Source: Strigamia acuminata
Taxonomy: Eukaryota
Direction of reading: 5' to 3'
Length of the DNA: 64,000 nucleotides
Assembly: GCA_949358305.1 (NCBI GenBank)
Contig: OX442314.1
Coordinates: 6,820,001-6,884,000 of the forward strand
Part shown: piece after piece, positions 61,181 through 64,000 of the stretch
How positions within the stretch are numbered: position 1 is the first letter of the stretch
Layout: the number at the start of each line of letters is the position of its first letter
Position numbers and translations under genes: made by a program
The notes under the pieces: generated by a model
Databases searched by the model: none
Seen by the model: the letters and a program-made list of their open reading frames with translations, nothing else
Told to the model about the DNA's origin: nothing

Positions 61181-61375
61181 CGTTGAGATGCTGTATAGGA
61201 CTTCTATTGTGTATTTATCGTTGATGTAGTTAGTGGTCAAGAAAGCAACATGTCAGGTAAGTTAAACTAAAATGACTGATTTATTGTCGAAATACAATAT
61301 AGGTGGCGCTGCTCTTAAAAGCGCCAAAACATAACGATTGGTCAAGATTGACCGATGGAGTAAGACACTCCAACA
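61181..61375 (-). repeat. 3' LTR (~195 bp) of a second gypsy element
   Basis: Minus strand begins TGTTGGAG right after the purine tract TTAAAGGGGA and ends CTCAACG; the distal boundary is inferred from the terminal inverted repeat only. Confidence 0.6.
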
Positions 61376-61530
61376 TCCCCTTTAATTGGGAGAAACACCA
61401 ATTATACAATCAAGAAAAGGATAAGACAAATTAAACATTAAACACATGTAATAAAGGCTAATAAAGAACAAAGTTGAAATTTAAGCAGATACAAAATGAA
61501 ATCAATTATTTCAAAACACAAACACAAACA

Positions 61531-64000
61531 TCAATTCGGTGGGAAGCCATAAAAGTCCGTTTGTTTCCTGTTTCGGACTGGTCGAGGGCTAAGCGCTGGA
61601 GGAACTGGAGCACTCGAGCCAGCAATTGCAGGTGGCGATGGCGCACGAACGGGCGGTGGCGGTGCGTGTGTCGGAGCAACATTCTGTGGTGCAACAGCAG
61701 GTGGAATGGTGCGTGGCGGATCGGGCACAGGCGCAGGCGGTGCAGTCGGTTGAGAAGTGAGCGAAAAAGGGAGGAGGGAACTTGTACAATCTTTTCCCCC
61801 ATTTTGTGGCAGCAAACTCGGATCTGCGCGGCGTCGCAACTGGTCAATGTGCCGATTCCATGTAACATCGAGAGCGACTTCAACATCGTAAGTAGATGAG
61901 GAAGTTTTCTTTTTAACAATACCAGGTATCCACTTGGGAGTACCCCGATAATCCCGCGCGAACACGAGGTCCCCAACTTCAAAACGGCGCGGAATGTCAA
62001 TTTGGTCGACATCTGGCAGAAGTCGTGGATTCAATAAATGTAAGCGCGTCCGCATCTCACGCTGAAGGAAGGCGACAGCTGGTGAAACTTTCGTCGTAGC
62101 GTGTGGCGTTGAGCGATACGATGCGATGAAACGAGATACGGCGTCCGACAAGGAAAAATTCAATGTTAAAAATTTGTCAATTTGAGTTTTAAAAGTCTTC
62201 ACAAAACCCTCAACCGCGCCATTTGTAGCTGGGTGGTATGGCGGAGAGAGAGTGTGACGAATTCCATTTATCGCCAAGAACTGGCGAAATTCCTGCGAGG
62301 TAAACTGTGGCCCGTTGTCGGTATGGAAATGCAATGGCAAACCGTGATTTTCGAACCAAGACTTGATAACCTCGATAGTGGCGGCGGCCGTCGTCGTTGA
62401 CATCTTGCGCACTTCGCACCATTTGGTTTTGGCGTCAACCGCCAGCAGGAACATCGCGTTGTGGAATGGGCCGGCGAAATCGAGATGTACCCGTCCCCAC
62501 ACCTGGTCTGGAACTGGCCAACTGACGGTGTTTGATTTTGGCGGATCGGGCAAGCTTCGCTGGCATACATCGCAATTCTTAACTGTGCGCTCGATGTCAG
62601 CGTCGATTCCAGGCCACCAAACCGTGGCTCGCGCCAACGATTTGGTACGGACAATGCCGTAATGACCCGCATGGAGCTCGACCAACACCGAACGACGAAC
62701 AGCTTTCGGAATCACCAACCTGTCGGAGAGAAATAAATATTCATCAAAGGTTGAGAATGAGTCTCGCTGTTTATAAAATTCAGCAACATCCAACGTCCGT
62801 GATTCCCATCCGGTGCGAACATGTCGCAAAACCGCTTGCAATACTTCATCAGCTGCATATGCAGCTTTGAGAGAAGTAGCAGTCATGGGAAAATCTGAAA
62901 TGAGAGTTGAATAAATTTTGTTAATGCCGACTTCTAAATCTTCTTTGCTGTCCACACTCGGTTGTGGATTACGAGACAAGCCATCGGCAATGGAGTTGTC
63001 CACGGCAGGCACGTGTTCAATAATAAAATCGTAGGCGGACAGAAATACTGCCCAACGATGCAGTCGTGCAGCCACGATCTGGTTACATCCCTTTTTCTCT
63101 CCAAATATAGAAACAAGGGGTTTGTGGTCCGTACGCAGGAAGAAACGACGCCCAAACAGGTAGTGATGGAATTTCCTGATGCCATAAATAATGGCGAATC
63201 CCTCACGCTCTATCTGTGCGTAATTCTTCTGCGCGGCCGACAAGAGAGAACTCGCAAAAGCAATGGGCTTGTGATTACCATCGGAATCAAGATGAGAAAG
63301 GAATGCTCCCACACCTACCGGGGAAGCATCAACCGTCAAAAATAATTTTTTGGACTGGTCAAAGTGGGCTAGCGCCGACTCAGTGGACACAGCAACCTTA
63401 ACCTTTTTCCATGTGGACTCGTGCTCCTCTGTCCACTTCCACTCGACATCGTCACGTGTTAAACGATATAACGGTTCGAGCAGAGTAGACAAATTTGCGA
63501 CAAAGCGACCGTAGTAATTGATGAGACCAAGGAACGATTTCAAAGAGGTTACATCACTGGGGCGCCTTGCATCTCTGAGTGGAGCGAGCTTTGAATCTAT
63601 CGGGGAAATACCTAGTTTGGAAATGTTTAAACCTAAAAACTGGATCGATTGCTGTAAAAAGTGACACTTCCGGCGATTCAACGTGAGACCGGCTCCACCG
63701 AACGTCGTCAAAAGCACGTCCAAATTTTGCAGGTGAACCGCGTTGGTCGCACCTGTCACGGCGGAGTCATCTATGAATGGTTGCGTACTATTCACCTTGG
63801 CTGTCAACTGGTCCATCGTTTGCTGGAATAGAGCGGGAGCGGACGAAATACCATAAAAGAGCCTATTTACCCTGAAAAGGCCCAAATGAGTGTTAATCGT
63901 GCAGGACATTTTGCTCTCCTCATCTAATTCCAATTGATTGAAAGCTGAATTCATATCCAATACTGAATAAGTTTCCCCTCCCGACAATTTGGCGGTCACA
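61531..64000 (-). CDS. pol: Ty3/gypsy Pol (RT-RNase H-integrase), Mag/K02A2.6-like, 5'-truncated by the window
   Basis: FIDD RT, VDASPVGVGA RNase H, NYAQIEREG, LHAGH..VWWPG..CDVC, HLDFAGP/TDNGPQF/NGAVE integrase, Pro-rich tail. Confidence 0.93.
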   Translation of the reverse strand, partial: VTAKLSGGETYSVLDMNSAFNQLELDEESKMSCTINTHLGLFRVNRLFYGISSAPALFQQTMDQLTAKVNSTQPFIDDSAVTGATNAVHLQNLDVLLTTFGGAGLTLNRRKCHFLQQSIQFLGLNISKLGISPIDSKLAPLRDARRPSDVTSLKSFLGLINYYGRFVANLSTLLEPLYRLTRDDVEWKWTEEHESTWKKVKVAVSTESALAHFDQSKKLFLTVDASPVGVGAFLSHLDSDGNHKPIAFASSLLSAAQKNYAQIEREGFAIIYGIRKFHHYLFGRRFFLRTDHKPLVSIFGEKKGCNQIVAARLHRWAVFLSAYDFIIEHVPAVDNSIADGLSRNPQPSVDSKEDLEVGINKIYSTLISDFPMTATSLKAAYAADEVLQAVLRHVRTGWESRTLDVAEFYKQRDSFSTFDEYLFLSDRLVIPKAVRRSVLVELHAGHYGIVRTKSLARATVWWPGIDADIERTVKNCDVCQRSLPDPPKSNTVSWPVPDQVWGRVHLDFAGPFHNAMFLLAVDAKTKWCEVRKMSTTTAAATIEVIKSWFENHGLPLHFHTDNGPQFTSQEFRQFLAINGIRHTLSPPYHPATNGAVEGFVKTFKTQIDKFLTLNFSLSDAVSRFIASYRSTPHATTKVSPAVAFLQREMRTRLHLLNPRLLPDVDQIDIPRRFEVGDLVFARDYRGTPKWIPGIVKKKTSSSTYDVEVALDVTWNRHIDQLRRRADPSLLPQNGGKDCTSSLLPFSLTSQPTAPPAPVPDPPRTIPPAVAPQNVAPTHAPPPPVRAPSPPAIAGSSAPVPPALSPRPVRNRKQTDFYGFPPN

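Overview
AT-rich, intron-containing eukaryotic (most likely invertebrate animal) genomic DNA dominated by transposable elements. Host genes, all reconstructed by hand because the ORF track misses or fragments them: the 5' part of a dispatched gene (- strand, 1-3485); a decayed DEG/ENaC-family gene that appears to encode two channel subunits in tandem (14171-41758); and a small two-exon secreted CS-alpha/beta defensin/toxin-like peptide gene (49080-49526). An apparently intact, very recent Ty3/gypsy LTR retrotransposon sits inside the first ENaC coding exon. It has 959-bp LTRs, an ATGC target duplication, a tRNA-Pro PBS and an A_AAA_AAC -1 frameshift. It also carries an unrecognised, intron-containing third gene with its own candidate internal promoter, and an array of covarying stem-loops at the start of its LTR. 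This accessory gene plus structured LTR is my best candidate for an undescribed system. A 5.55-kb exact duplication around a 200-N gap is probably an assembly artefact. The right end holds a nest (copia inside BEL/Pao inside a related gypsy solo LTR) and the 3' part of a second gypsy element. Many MITEs and minisatellites fill the introns and intergenic space. Family assignments come from motif recognition only; no database searches were run.
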